In this document: piece by piece, positions 49,727-62,320 of the stretch
Layout of the letters: each line of letters begins with the position of its first letter
Position numbering within the stretch: the first letter of the stretch is position 1
NCBI GenBank assembly: GCA_965153285.1
Contig: OZ229110.1
Direction: 5' to 3' (one strand)
Length of the DNA: 64,000 bases
From: Podarcis tiliguerta
Lineage: Eukaryota
Position numbers and translations under genes: made by a program
The notes under the pieces: model-generated
What the model saw: the letters and a program-made list of their open reading frames with translations, nothing else
Database searches by the model: none
What the model was told of the DNA's origin: nothing

Positions 49727-52700
49727 CTAAAGGTGGAGAAGGGGTGGGGAAGAGAGAGAAGAAGAGAACACCATTGACTTAGGCAGACTACATGGAAAAC
49801 AAAGCTCTTGACTTTTGTTATGCAGACATTATAGCTGCCGGGTAGTGGAAGCTACACCAAGTGTTTCAGAGCAGCCTGCTGTCTAAACAAAAAGCGAAAC
49901 GGCCCACGTCACACAATGCTTTCTTCCTTTACAGACAGGGAAGGGAAGAAGCAGTTTACACCATTCACCTCTAAGAGCAGCAGCAGTGGGCTGGAGGTGC
50001 TGCAAGAATGCAAGGGAAATCCCTGCCTGCAACTGTCGTGCAGTGAGAGCATTGAAGTTTCACTGTAACACCCCATCAATACATCCCATCAAAATATACA
50101 ACCACCTCTTGTGGTTTTTTAAAGGGACCAACATCATATTTAGGGAAAGTCTGAGAAGATGCAAATGTTCTAGTAGGGGCTTTCTCATATCTGGTGGAAA
50201 TGGTATATAGGAACAGGTGTGCAAGAGATACGCTTCTGCACCCACCCACACATTACTTCTACAGTGGATTTAACTTGTGGCTAGGATTCATAAGCGTCAG
50301 GGATCCTGGAGTGTTCACAGATTTCACCATAAGCAGAGCCGTAACTAGGTGATCTTGTGCCCCTGGCAGAACCGTCCAGATTGTACCCTCTAGATATGGA
50401 CAAATTAGCTTTTCTTTCTGCCTCTCCTCCAACCCCCTCCCCCATTCAATTCACCCTCTATTTCACTTATTATGAGGCAATAATCAATATTTATATTTAT
50501 GGACATATTTCTAAGCCGATTTTGCGGCCCCCCAATCATCTGCACCCCGGCAGGTGCCCACCTTGCCACCCCCTAGCTACAGCCCTGACCACATGTAAGG
50601 TTTAAATTGGCTTTCCTAAAAAGCAGCAGTGATACCAGTTTCCTGGTGGGAAACAGGAGAGGAACCTGTGTGGCAAAGGAAAGAGGGAGGGGAAGCTTCA
50701 TGGAAAGGAGTGAGAAAGAGTGGTCTGGAAAGGAAAAACTCTGCTAACAGTATATTTTAGCAAAGATCACTCTTTTCACATGCTACCATGCATCAACTGC
50801 AAAAATGTGACAACAGTGGGGAGTTATGTCATTAGTACTTGACATTTCAAAAGAGAAATTCAGCAGTAAAGTGTTTAGCAGTGGAGTTAATGCATACATA
50901 ACAAGGTTGAGGCCACAGAAAGATCTCAGCGTACGGAATGCAAAAAACGATGAGCAATTCTTATACTCATTGGCTAGGACAACTTGCAGGCCTCTGACAT
51001 TTCGATTTAATGCATAAGGAAACTGAGACTCGTCCTGAAGGTCCTTAGCAGATTCATTGCTAAGAAGGATTTGACTATCCTAGCTCTTGAACCAGTAAGC
51101 ATAGCACTAATAGAAAGCAAATGAACAAGGCATCTATAAATACATGTGTCTGTAATACCAGTGTGAGCAATCAAACTTCAGGCAATACTGTTTTTCTTTT
51201 TCTCTTTGCGGCAGGGATGAACATGACGGGCAAGGGCTGTACAGGTCCGAACTATGCATGTACCTGCCTGCTTCCTGAGTCGATGGAAAATGTTGGTGCA
51301 AGACAAGGCAGTGTGAAGAGCAAGCTTCACTCAGCACAGCTAAATCCCTTTAGGGAACTAATTCATTTATGGGGGATTAGCCACAGCTGTGGGGTGTGGG
51401 CCTTGCAAGGTAATTAGAACCTTGGGGGAATCAAGGTTGCCTCTTTCATCTCCCCCAAATGGGGAAAGTTGCATCAAAGCAACCACACCCTACATTTAGG
51501 TCCACACCCAGCTTGTCCAGCAGGACTAATAAATAAAAAAAATTATGCTTGCTAGCCTTAGAAAGGGAAAAAGCAGAGAGATACATCTGCCAAGTCAACC
51601 TTTAGAGAATAACAGGTGCTCCCGCTAAGAGACACCAGATGGGACCAGAAACAGGGGCTGAAGAAGGGGGGTGCGGTGGATGCGGGCCACCCTGGGTGTC
51701 ACCACTGAGGGGTGTGTGTGTGACAAAATGCTGGGGGGCCTGCAGCGTGCCTGAGCCACGCATGTCTCCTGGGCCACACAGGCTCCATGCTGCCCAAATG
51801 GTCCACTTGCTGCCTCCCCCCCAGCTGTAGGGTGGCTGAGTGGGAGGAGGCAGGCAGACTCCAGAGGCCCCGCCCTCACCCTGCCCTATGGATGGCCCGC
51901 CATGCCCCTGGGCGCACTGCCCCAGGCGCCCGAGAGGCTTCCTCCGCCGCTGACCAGAAGTATACTCCTGGCTCCATGTTCCTCAGAGCTGCTGCTGCTC
52001 TTATGCCTTATTGTTTGGGTCAGCAGAATGCAGGGTCCAGAAAGCCCCTTTCTCCCTTAGAGCTTGATACACACAGCATTGCCTGCAAACTCAAAACTTT
52101 GTGAGCTGAAGTCCCCTCAAATGCCGTTAGGCACATTTGCTTTCAAAGAACTGACGGGCATATTTTTGGCGTGCTTTATCTCCAACCAAAAGTTGAGGTT
52201 CTGGATTGAACATGGGATGTGATACAAGGTCAGCTGCTGACCTAGAAGTGCAGCTCCTGCCTGCTGACCAGGAGAGCTCCATTACCTTCAGAAGGTCACC
52301 ATTGTTGTCACACTTCCATGCCCAAGTGATTACATAGAATCATTGCCACAAGGCTTCCCAAGGCCTGCTTGGCGTCCTGACCTCCCACCCCCTGATAAAC
52401 TTCAACTAAGATGTCAACTGAACTCTTATTTCATTCCTGCTCATGAGTGGACACAGAGTCTCAGAACAAGGTTCGCAAGTGAAATATGCTTGTTGTTGAG
52501 TGGCACATAAGCTGAAAGGAAGACTGGTAGATGTATCTACCAGACTTAGGATTCATACAACCATTCTGTATTCCAGGTACAGTACATCATTGGGACCTCT
52601 AAGACTGGTTGGAGGAAAGCAGGCAATTGCTGCCACTTGGCAAACAAACAACCAACAGGAAAAGTGGGGCTTTCTCTCGCACCATTACAATTTCCCCATG

Positions 52701-55700
52701 AGCTTTAAGAGCGGCAGGAGCCAATGTGGTGCCCTCCAAATGTTGTTGGACTCCTAACCCCATCAGCCTCAGCCAACATGGCCAATGGCCATGTATTATG
52801 GGAACTGTAGGTTCTGAAGAGCACTGTGTTGGCTGCTAGAGAGCATCTTGCTAGACAGAACCAGATGGCCTTTTGGCCCAATTCCGAAAGGATATTCATA
52901 TGGTAGTCAAACATGCCAAGAGTCCTGTGCTGCCCATGCTGATCTCTGTTTAGACATGCTGACCTGCAAAAACCAGAACCGGCTGAACCACCCTGCATGC
53001 TTTGATCAGCACTGATGATCCCTCAAATGACAGTTGTCTGAAGGACCCTGCCCCCAATCACCCTCTGCACTTGCCTGTTTGAGATTGTAAAGGCCTTGCT
53101 TGTCGCAGTTTGGGATATTTAGGGAATAGAGGTGCTCCAACGGACCGCGTTCATCTGGCAGGCGCATGGTTGAGATGCGTTCCAAGACCTGATCTAATTC
53201 CTGTTGGCAGGGGGTCTGCAAATGGTCAAGAAAGCAGAAGAAAAACAAATGAGGAAATCAGGCAGGGCCCAGTTGGCACAATGGAGACAACAATGGCTTT
53301 CCCCTTCTGACACATGTGGGATTTACGTTCTTGTTTAGGGTAGCTATGCAGGTTCCGCCCGACTCCTTTTCATCCCAAAGCATCAGAAAAAGTATTCTAG
53401 CACACCTCACTCCGCCTGTAGTCATACTGTCTCAAGGCTGTTGAACATTTGCCAGAAAGGATCAAAGTGTTATGACCCAATGGTGATTTGCCCAAGGCAA
53501 ATCATGTCACTCAGTGTCAATCGATTTGAAATAACTGGCTTGCATAATCTTTGATTAATGGATATGAAAACAAAAACGATACAAGGGGATAATGTAACAA
53601 GGATGATTTTTTGGTCTTCTGAATATACTTCTTTTTAGACAGGGCTGGGAAGAAGAACTATTGAGAGCTCTTTGCAAATATTTGTGCTTTAAGACAGTTT
53701 TCTACCATTTCTTTCTCAGAAGAATCATAGAAGGGTAGTTGCATGCCCAATTTCCATGGAGATTCTCCCTGTGCCAGTAAAATTGCAAACTTAAGTTCAT
53801 CAAATTCAACCTCTTCTCAGGGGGAACTTTGATTTATAGCCTCAAAACAAAGTTCAAACACTGGATAGAAATCTACATCCACTACACTTATTAAAAAGCG
53901 CCAGTGAGTAGCTCCTCAAACTATGGGAATAAAAAGATAGTTTTTTGTTTTATATAAAAATGAAACCCACTGTCAGGGGTTCAGGAACAGAGTCACAGGA
54001 GAGGGAGGAAGTGGAGAGCGAGGGGGAGGAGTCCGAAGGAAATGTCAGCGAAGACAGCAGTCCGAGGTCTCTGAGTCTCTCCAGTGACTCGGAAGATTCA
54101 CAGAAAGGGGCCCCCATAGTCAGGGCAAGGGGAGTGCCCAGGGGGGCACCTCGGGAAGAAGGGGCCAGAGGGGACTCAGAGAGTAGCAGCTGGAAATCCG
54201 GACCAGCGTCCCCCCCAGAGCGCAGTAGGGGGGAGGAGTCCCAGGCATCGGGATCAGGGGGCGCGCGGGCAGCGGGAGAAAGTGAGGCAGGAGGGACCAC
54301 ACCCTCGTCAGGGAGCGAGGAAACGGTCATCAGGAAAGTTAAACGTGCGCGCGCGCCAAGTTCAAATGTACAGGAGGGCGGCAAGGTGGGCAGCCCGGGT
54401 AGGGAGCCAGGTCCTAAAGCCCGCCGAAGAGAGGGGGAGGAGTCAGAGGGGTCAACGTCTGCCTCAGAAGAGTCCCGGAGGGAGGAGACCCCGGGGGGTA
54501 GTAGGACCCAGAGGAAGAGAGAGAGAAGGAAGAGGTGGAGTAAGATTAGAGTCTTAAACTGGTGCGCAGGGGGCGGAGACTCAGACGGAGCTTCGCCGGT
54601 CTAGAGTCCAGATGTAGGGCTGGGACGCTGAGGCTTTGAAATGGAATCTATTCTTCAATAAAGACTTTGATAATTTACTACCGGCTAGCGTTGGTCCTTG
54701 GTGAGCTGGGACCTGGAGCCAGCCCTGACACCCACAAACCCCAATCTTCATGTTCTACCAATTTAGGACAAATCATTGTCTCCTTAAAACCTCTAAAATA
54801 GTAATGGGGCCAGGCTGCTCATCCCTCCTGTGTTTTGAACACTATTCTGAAGAGTGACTGGAGAGGTAGAAAGAGAACCTACAGGTTCATATTAAGTGGC
54901 TAAATTTTGAGTTTAGCTCCACTATAGGGAATATGCCACTGATGGCATTAACCCACCAACTGCCTGTATACACTCGGAAGAATGGAAACATAAGAACCAC
55001 AGTGCTGCGATGGGAATATGGTGCCCTTCAGACATTAGAGGGTTGTTCTCCATAGCAGAGAACCTCTTATGACGCTCCTATGATGGATTTATTTCTATAC
55101 CGCTATATCTTAGAATGTCAGGGAAGTGTGCAATGCTAACAAATAAAACACCAATTTTAAAAAAACAAAAAATACAGATCGTCTTTAAGGCAGCTGGCTA
55201 ATTAAAGATAAAAATTATACAGCTGCAACCGACTATCTGCATTAAGAAGTTTTCAAGAGATGTCCAAGGATGCCTGTGGAATCTCTGCTTTATCTTGTGG
55301 GACTCATCACAGTAAATGCCCGACTTTAGCTGAGGTTGGTCAGGGCTCTGTAACACAGGGGGACAACTAACAGGGATCCTCTGGATGATTGGGCTGGGAT
55401 AGAAGGGCTCAGGCAGTCCTTATCAGCCCTCCCTGCATGGAGACGCTTGATCACATGGGTCTTTCCAAGGTTGATCATATGTGATCGCAGCCTTTTAAAT
55501 GCTAGGGGGCACATAGGGAGAACCCATGGCAAAACACCCCCCAACTAGGCTCCTGTACAGTTTTAAGAAGGGCACTGGTGTGTTCTGGGATTCTTCGAAT
55601 CAGAAGAGTTGGAAGGACCCAAGGAGCATCTAGTCCAACCCTCTGCAATGCAGGAATATGCAGCTGTCCCTTATGAGGCTCGAACCTTGGTATTATCAGC

Positions 55701-58251
55701 ACCACGCTCGAACCAACTGAGCTATCCTTGTGATCATACTATACAGTCTTGCTATTTGCCACAGAGTTCAGCTCTCTGAGATCTCTCAACTTTTATTTTC
55801 TTAACAACAGCGGTAACATGTTCCTGGCTCTTTGGGCTGTGGAAAAATAGGAACTGAATGGGAAAACAACTGATGAAATCAAAAGAGGCAGAGGGTGCTG
55901 TAAAGAGTTTCCAATAGTTAGGAAGCAAAGTTATGGCACTGTGTGTTACTCTTTACCCCTTTACCCCATGGCTAATGGTAGCCTCTGAAGAAATGCTGCA
56001 GAAAAAGAAAATCCACATAACATGTTCCTGCTCTGCATAGTGATGTACAGACAGCAGAATTCAGCTCCTCTTGGCTTGGATGTTAGGCTATAGTGTGGCC
56101 CAAAAATTGGGATATTTTTAGCACACAGTTTATATATACACATATCCCTGGCTATGCTGCTGGTGGTAATGTGACATTTTATATTGCCTCAGGTTGTAAT
56201 ATCCAGTCCGGGAGTGTGCACAAAATCAGTTCCTCCAGTTATCATGGAGGGCAAACATTACCATTTTGTATACGTCTTGATTCGCTGCTCTGCAAGCTAA
56301 TATGCATGTACTGTGAGAGACTAAGCTCTCCCACCACCCCGATGCTACCTTCTAATTCCCAGTGGCATTTGGTCATGTACTGTATATGGGATCCTCTTCA
56401 GCTACCATGGCTCTCTTAAGGTATCAACCATGTACAGAAAGTTGCTTCCCCAGCTGCAATGTTTAACACTACCTGGCATACATAATGAAATCATCCTACT
56501 GAGACACTCCATAATCCCGCCAATAGACCCCAGACCAGGAAACACATAGTATGATGGTTGGGATTCATTGCTGTTCAAGGTTTAAAATTTTACAGCCTAT
56601 ATAAAGAATGCAAACTTTCAGAACAATCCTAAGCATGCTTACTCAGACATGTCCAGTGGAGGTTACTCCTTAATACTCCAGCCATCTTCATATCAGTGGT
56701 AGATCTTGTTCTGGGCAAATAGCTGGGCAAGGAATCTTTCACAGATCAATTGCCACAGTTCTTTTCCCTGTTCTGTGTGGGTGGTTTTATTTAGCTTATC
56801 GACTCTACAGTATTCCATAAGTTATAATCAGAGCTATGTGTCTTATCTGATTGGGCCACCAGTACTCTGTCCTCCTCTTTTGATTTTCATGATTGCAAAG
56901 GCCACCAACAAGCTGACAGCATGCCAGGTCCCTAAATGCAGCCCGCAATTGCTTTGAAGAGACTCTGAAAACCAATTTTAACACTCCGGTCCACCAGTTT
57001 CTGTCCAAGAAAGCATCCTGAGTACCTTTCAGCCGCTCGGACTCTGCCTGGAACCCGTCAGGGAACAGTGAAGCCAACTAGACCAGCGTGAGTGTGGCAA
57101 TTAAAAGCACAGAGCAGGAGAATGGAAAACCCCAGGAAAAGCAGTAGCAGCAGCAGCAACAGCACCAAGACTGCTCTGGAGGCATCAAAGCAATGCTGCT
57201 CTGGGAGCCTCCAAGAGTTGTGGCTATAAGACCAAAAGCTTATGTGGCATCAGTTCCACCCGACAAGTGGGGGAAGAGGATCCAAAGCTAAATTAGAAAA
57301 GCTATTGATAGGAATTATCCCTGCACTCTGGTTGATGATGCGAGCTGTAATCCTGAATGACAACTGTGTGGCAAAGTCCTCCTCCTGGGCCCTGCCAAAA
57401 TCCATCAATCTCATGAAGAGGTATCTCGTGTTCTGTTTGTTTGGCTCTATTTTCCTCCTCGCTGTGCTGTCTCATCTCTTCCCATGGCCTGGCCCCGATG
57501 TAACCTTCAGTACTGTTTATGACGGGAGAGGTGAGTAGAATTCAGTCTCACACAATGAACGTTATTCATTTGACAACCAGAAACTCTGTGGCTCAACCTC
57601 TCAACCTCTGGGTACTCACTCAGGGTTCAAAGAAACTCTCAGCTCGCCCACAAAAGTCTCACAATGAGAAGAGTTTCTGGAAACAGCGGACACCACCCTA
57701 GTTTCTCACTCTAGACTTCCTTTTTATGGACAGGCTCAAAGTGGCTGGTACTTTCTCAGTTAGCCCAACAGCTGTGTCCTATTCAGCTACACTCCCCACA
57801 CCCAGTTCCAGCAGGTTTGTTGAGTTTCCTAGGGGGTCCAGACGATGGGAGAAGCTCCCACTCCTCTACTCACAGCACGTTCTTCACTCTCTGCAAGTCT
57901 CCTCCAGCTACTAATGGAGACTAGGGGCAGCTAGAGAAAAAGCTCATCATGTGATCATCTTCTAACTACATATAGTCCCCAACCCAAAGAATAACAACAT
58001 GTTGCACCCTTTCCAGGGACTTGAAGACCATCTCCCGCACCCGTTGTTTACCTCACTCACCCTGACTGATGGCGAGTGGAGGTGGTGCTTGGTAGGCTTG
58101 CCCAGCTGTTTCTGCTGCTCATTCACCTTCTCACGGATGACGGCGAACTCCTTGCCATTTTTAGGGGGCTTTATCCGTCCACTGCCACTCACCACACTGG
58201 AGGCGGCATCCACCACATTCTCTGCAATAGATACTTCAGTATGTTCCTCAT
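49559..58251 (-). CDS. IGFBP2: Insulin-like growth factor-binding protein 2, exons 2-4 (5'-partial)
   Basis: Exons 58251-58061, 53215-53075, 49726-49559 splice in frame; thyroglobulin type-1 domain with CWCV and the IGFBP2-type RGD (TVRGDPEC). Confidence 0.97.
50334..50587. mobile_element. DNA-transposon MITE (hAT/Tip100-like)
   Basis: CAGAGCCGTAACTAGG...CCTAGCTACAGCCCTG imperfect TIRs; TSD degenerate. Confidence 0.65.
51652..51952. mobile_element. hAT-like MITE
   Basis: CAGGGGC...GCCGCTG ends; TSD ACCAGAAA/ACCAGAAG. Confidence 0.75.
53075..53215 (-). CDS. IGFBP2: IGFBP2 exon 3 (GC donor)
   Basis: ttgcag|ACC...AAACAG|gcaagt; [47 protein letters not shown]. Confidence 0.97.
53971..54730 (+). 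mobile_element. Solo LTR (760 bp), probably Gypsy-like, in IGFBP2 intron 2
   Basis: TGTCAGGG...CCCTGACA termini, 5-bp TSD CCCAC at 53966-53970 and 54731-54735, AATAAA at 54657. Confidence 0.88.
55595..55728 (-). mobile_element. Short tRNA-head/CR1-tail SINE
   Basis: Minus strand GGATAGCTCAGTTGGTTCGAGCGTGGTGCTGATAA head and GGGTTGGACTAGATG...TTCCAACTC tail. Confidence 0.75.
58061..58251 (-). CDS. IGFBP2: IGFBP2 exon 2 (linker domain)
   Basis: gtgtag|AT...AGG|gtgagt; [15 protein letters not shown]...[31 protein letters not shown]. Confidence 0.92.
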
Positions 58252-58526
58252 CTACACAGACAAAAAAAGAAATGGAGGGTGGGAGAAGAAAGAAAAGGGG
58301 CATCAGCAAGGCTTCTTTCCAGCCGAAACTCAGTTCCAGCACCTCTCAGGTGGGCGCCAATGCCATTATAAGAGAACAAGGGAGCTGTTCATGGTGAGTT
58401 CCGGCACCTCTTTTTCTAGAAAAATTAGCACTGGTGTATTAGTTATGTTAGCCGCAGAACCCAAATGCTCTGCCCAGAGATCCCCACAATGGAACAAATG
58501 GGGGAAATCCCCACAGGCCCACAGTG

Positions 58527-58773
58527 AGAAGAAGAAGAAGAGTTTGGATTTGTAATCCCGCCTTTCACTCCCCTTAAGGAGTCTCAAAGCGGCTAACAAT
58601 CTCCTTTCCCTTTCTCCCCCACAACAAACACTCTGTGAGGTGAGCGGGGCTGAGAGACTTCAGAGAAGTGCGACTGGCCCAAGGTCACCCAGCAGCTGCA
58701 TGTGGAGGAGCAGGGAAGCGAATCACCAGATTACGAGTCCACCATTCTTAACTACTACACCACTCTGGCTCTC
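58527..58773 (-). mobile_element. tRNA-derived SINE (family of 6957-7451)
   Basis: (CTT)n tail, body highly similar to the 7 kb copies. Confidence 0.88.
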
Positions 58774-60601
58774 AGCATGGGATATGAACTCCAGTCACAG
58801 CTATGTGGAGGTGGCATCCCAGCTGTGTGAGATTCCAAAAAACTCCCCCTGCAGAGCAGCCAAGGCAAGGCGGAGCTTCTGTTTTGAGGAAACACTTCCC
58901 CCACCCCGTTCCAGCCTTTAAATGCTTGGTTACACAAATTGTCAAAAATATTTAATAATGCATTTATTTCAAATCAGAAGTCGCACATGTCTGAACCGCA
59001 GGAGACAATTTGGCTAAGCATTCAGAACATCATGTCCCATTTATACTGTAAGGAGAAAGAATTTTTTTTTTTTTAATGGATAAGCTAAGCATCTTGGTCT
59101 TTTAGCAACACCCTATCCTTTGATTATCCTCTCCACCCCCCCCCCCCGCTCAGATACTGTGGGCCAAGTTTATTCCTGACCTGTCACCCTCAGGCTTTCA
59201 AGAGGTTCCAAAGTAGAATCTGAGCTGAACATGGCCAAGTGGCTCAAGGGGACCGGGGGGGGGGGTGAGGGTCAAATAATTACCCCTAAGGACTCTAATT
59301 AAATAATAATAAAAAAGAGGCCCATTTTGGAAAATAAGTAAAGAGAACCAAAAAAGGGAGAAAGCAACTAGATGAGGAATTACGCCAAGAATATAAAAAG
59401 AAAGCAACATGACAAAGCAGGCTTTGTATTGTTTATAAACAAATTCACTATCTCATCAAGTAACTGAAATCAAATATACAAGATTGTATAACAAATGTAA
59501 AGCTCCCCTACAAGATCTTAATGAAAGGCCAGGAAGGGGAGGACAGGTCATCATTCAAGTCATGGCTGAGCTGAAAGTATTCATGATTTTAATGACTGGG
59601 GGGGTGGGGGCAGCATGGAAAAGGGTCTCTTGGGCTCTTGTTCTGGTACCTTCATCAACACTTCCAAGCAAAAATTTCAACTGTTTCTTCAATGTGTCAA
59701 AATGAGAACCTTTTTTTTTTTTTTTTTGCCCTATAGACAAATCTGATTGGCTATGTCATGAGTTAGTTCTATTTCACTGAAGCTGCTATTTCTGACCCAG
59801 AAAGATCAGAGCCGGTGAACATTTTGGTCCATTCTGCCTTAACCAGCATCTAGGTTTGATTTCAACAGAAGTCAGCTGAATTTGGACCAGTAGCTATTTG
59901 GATGTCGCCAACTCCAGACCAGACTTTTTACAGGCGGTTTCTATGTGTTTCTAATGATGAGGCGCAGTACAGATTGGCTGCCAAAGCCTGACCTCACCTG
60001 GCTGGTGTAGGAGTATGCATGGAAACATCAAAAAATCACCGACAACTGTTGACTGTGATTTGGCAAAGATCCAGCTGCTCCAAATCTCTTATGCAGAACC
60101 TCAACTGTCTTTCTGGCCCGTATGACCCCTAAATATGGCACAGTTGGAAAGTATGGCTAGCAGTGCTGCCCAGTTTTTCACTATTAGTGTGACAAATTCA
60201 GCTGCGTTTTCACAGTTCTCCCAGGGCTGGGCTGGAGCCATACCAGGAATCAGACCTGGAGTATGTGTTCTCCAACCCAAAATCCCTATAGTCTGTTGCT
60301 GGAATTTGGAGAATGGCCTGGTATGCAACTGGCATAGTTCCTTTGATCAAGTCTTCATAGAAGACCAGGGTCCAATTTTGTTGTGCTTTAATGCCTGGGC
60401 TGTCCAATCCAATGGTATCATATGGCTCACCTGTCCACCAGGGTCAAAGTTTCAAATTATTACCACCATCTAGCCTAAAATAGTCTGCTGGGTACTTACC
60501 AAGGTAGCTTCCTTCCAGCCCAAGATCATGAAGTCCCTTGTATATATGTGTTTTTATTGTATCACATTGAGTTTGTTTTGTTTAAAAAAACAATCAAGCT
60601 G

Positions 60602-60846
60602 TACAGTGGAACCTTGGTTCTTAAACAGCTTAGTTGAAGAACAAATCAGCTCCCAAACACCAAAACCCCAGAAGTAAGTGCTACAGTTTTTGAACATTTT
60701 TCGGAAACTGAACGTCCAATGCAGCTTCTGCTGGAGTGCAGGAAGCTCCTGCAGCCAATTGGAAGCTGTGCCTTGGTTTTCAAACGTTTCAGAAGTCGAA
60801 CAGACATCCAGAATGGATTAAGTTTTAAAACCATGGTTCCACTGTA
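60602..60846. mobile_element. Tc1/mariner MITE (family of 1541-1795)
   Basis: TA-CAGTGGAACCTTGGTT...AACCATGGTTCCACTG-TA. Confidence 0.88.
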
Positions 60847-61025
60847 TATAAATTATATGATTTGGGAAGCGATTAAAAAACTGAAGAGTAGAATCCAATG
60901 CAACACTAAGTGGATGTTCCATCAGTGCAAGGATTTCTGATTGTCCAACAGATCCTTCTCCCTCTCTCCTTCCATTGCCTGCCCCTAAATCTGTTCTAGG
61001 GGTTACCCACAACCCATGGAGCAAG

Positions 61026-61298
61026 CAGAGGCACCAACTTGCACCAAAGATTGAGGGGGCCATATGACATTTTGACAGGGGCCAGGGGACAGAGCTGAAT
61101 GCAATGGCCAGCAGCTCCTCCTCTCTTTGGCTTTGCAGCCTTCCATGGCAGGAGGAGGAAGAGGAGGAGCCAGACACTGAAGCCATGCTTGGCTCTGCGC
61201 TTGGCCTCCACCACCTGATAGTAGTGGACACTGGGGGTGCCACTCCCCAAAAGTATTGGGGGCCCCAAACCGCTCAGTCCCCTGAAGTTGGCACCCCG
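61026..61298. mobile_element. hAT-like MITE
   Basis: CAGAGGCACCAACTT...AAGTTGGCACCCCG; TSD GGAGCAAG/GGAGCAGA. Confidence 0.7.
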
Positions 61299-62320
61299 GG
61301 AGCAGAGGTGGAAACTCATTGCACAAGTCGAAGTCCTTATGTTGACAGAATAGGGCAGGTAAATAATGCCTCAAATAACTTAATGAACTCTCCCTCCCAG
61401 CTTGCCCTGCTGCCAAGATCCATAATGGGGTTTGACCACTTGTGGCCCTCTAAATAGAGCTGCTTTGCAGCTCCCATAAATCCTGACCAAATGGGTCATC
61501 TTGGGTAAATCTTGCCGAATGGGTAAATCTTGCTGAATGGGGCTGAGGGCAGGTAGAGTTCAACAAGATATGGAAGGCCACAAATCTATAGCATCAACCT
61601 GCTCCAACAGCTTGCATCAGGGGATGATACTTCCCTACTAATGCATGACATTGGCACATAATTTTTTTATATAAAAGATAATCACCTGATGATCCAGCCA
61701 TCATTGCATGGTTGGATTTGTGCTTAGCTCAAAGCGTTAAGAACTATGCAAAAGCTGAAGATCTGGAACTCAAGACTGGTCAAGAGCCTTCCAGATAAGT
61801 GATGCAATATTAACCCCACTCTGCCTCCTCCCCCAATGCATTATCTTCCACTGCTGTCCGGTCTTTTCAGCATAACTGTGAGAGTAGAAAAGGGATTGCT
61901 AAGCAGGAGAATGAACAGTATGTTCCAATGGGTGGTTGCTTAGCAAGTTCCTCTGGTTGTCCCGGACGGCTGCTGGCACAGGGATGATCCAAATGGGCAT
62001 CCCGTGGCCTCCTTTGGCTGTCACCTCCCCCCAGGAAGTGCTTTCAAGCCCTTCAAAAGCACATGGAAACGGCAGCTTTGACAATCCCTCTTCAGCACGA
62101 GCAAATCCAGCTTTTAGCAGCATGCCCTACTTGCCCGTTTTGCTCGCTTTCCATCGCTGAAGGTACATATTGGGGGCCTGAACAATGCACTCATTCTTCC
62201 CATCCTTCCCCGAGCTGGTGTGATGCAGTCCTCCCCATTCACTCAATTTATAGCCCAGAATACATGTCCCAGCTCCGATGTGTTGCGGCAGCATTCCCGC
62301 ACCAACCTTTTCTGAACTTC

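Noticed and set aside
51639-51830. ORF with GGCGGCG resembling the IGFBP N-terminal GCGCC motif
   Set aside because: Wrong strand and position for IGFBP2 exon 1, lacks the Cys spacing, and lies inside a TSD-flanked MITE.
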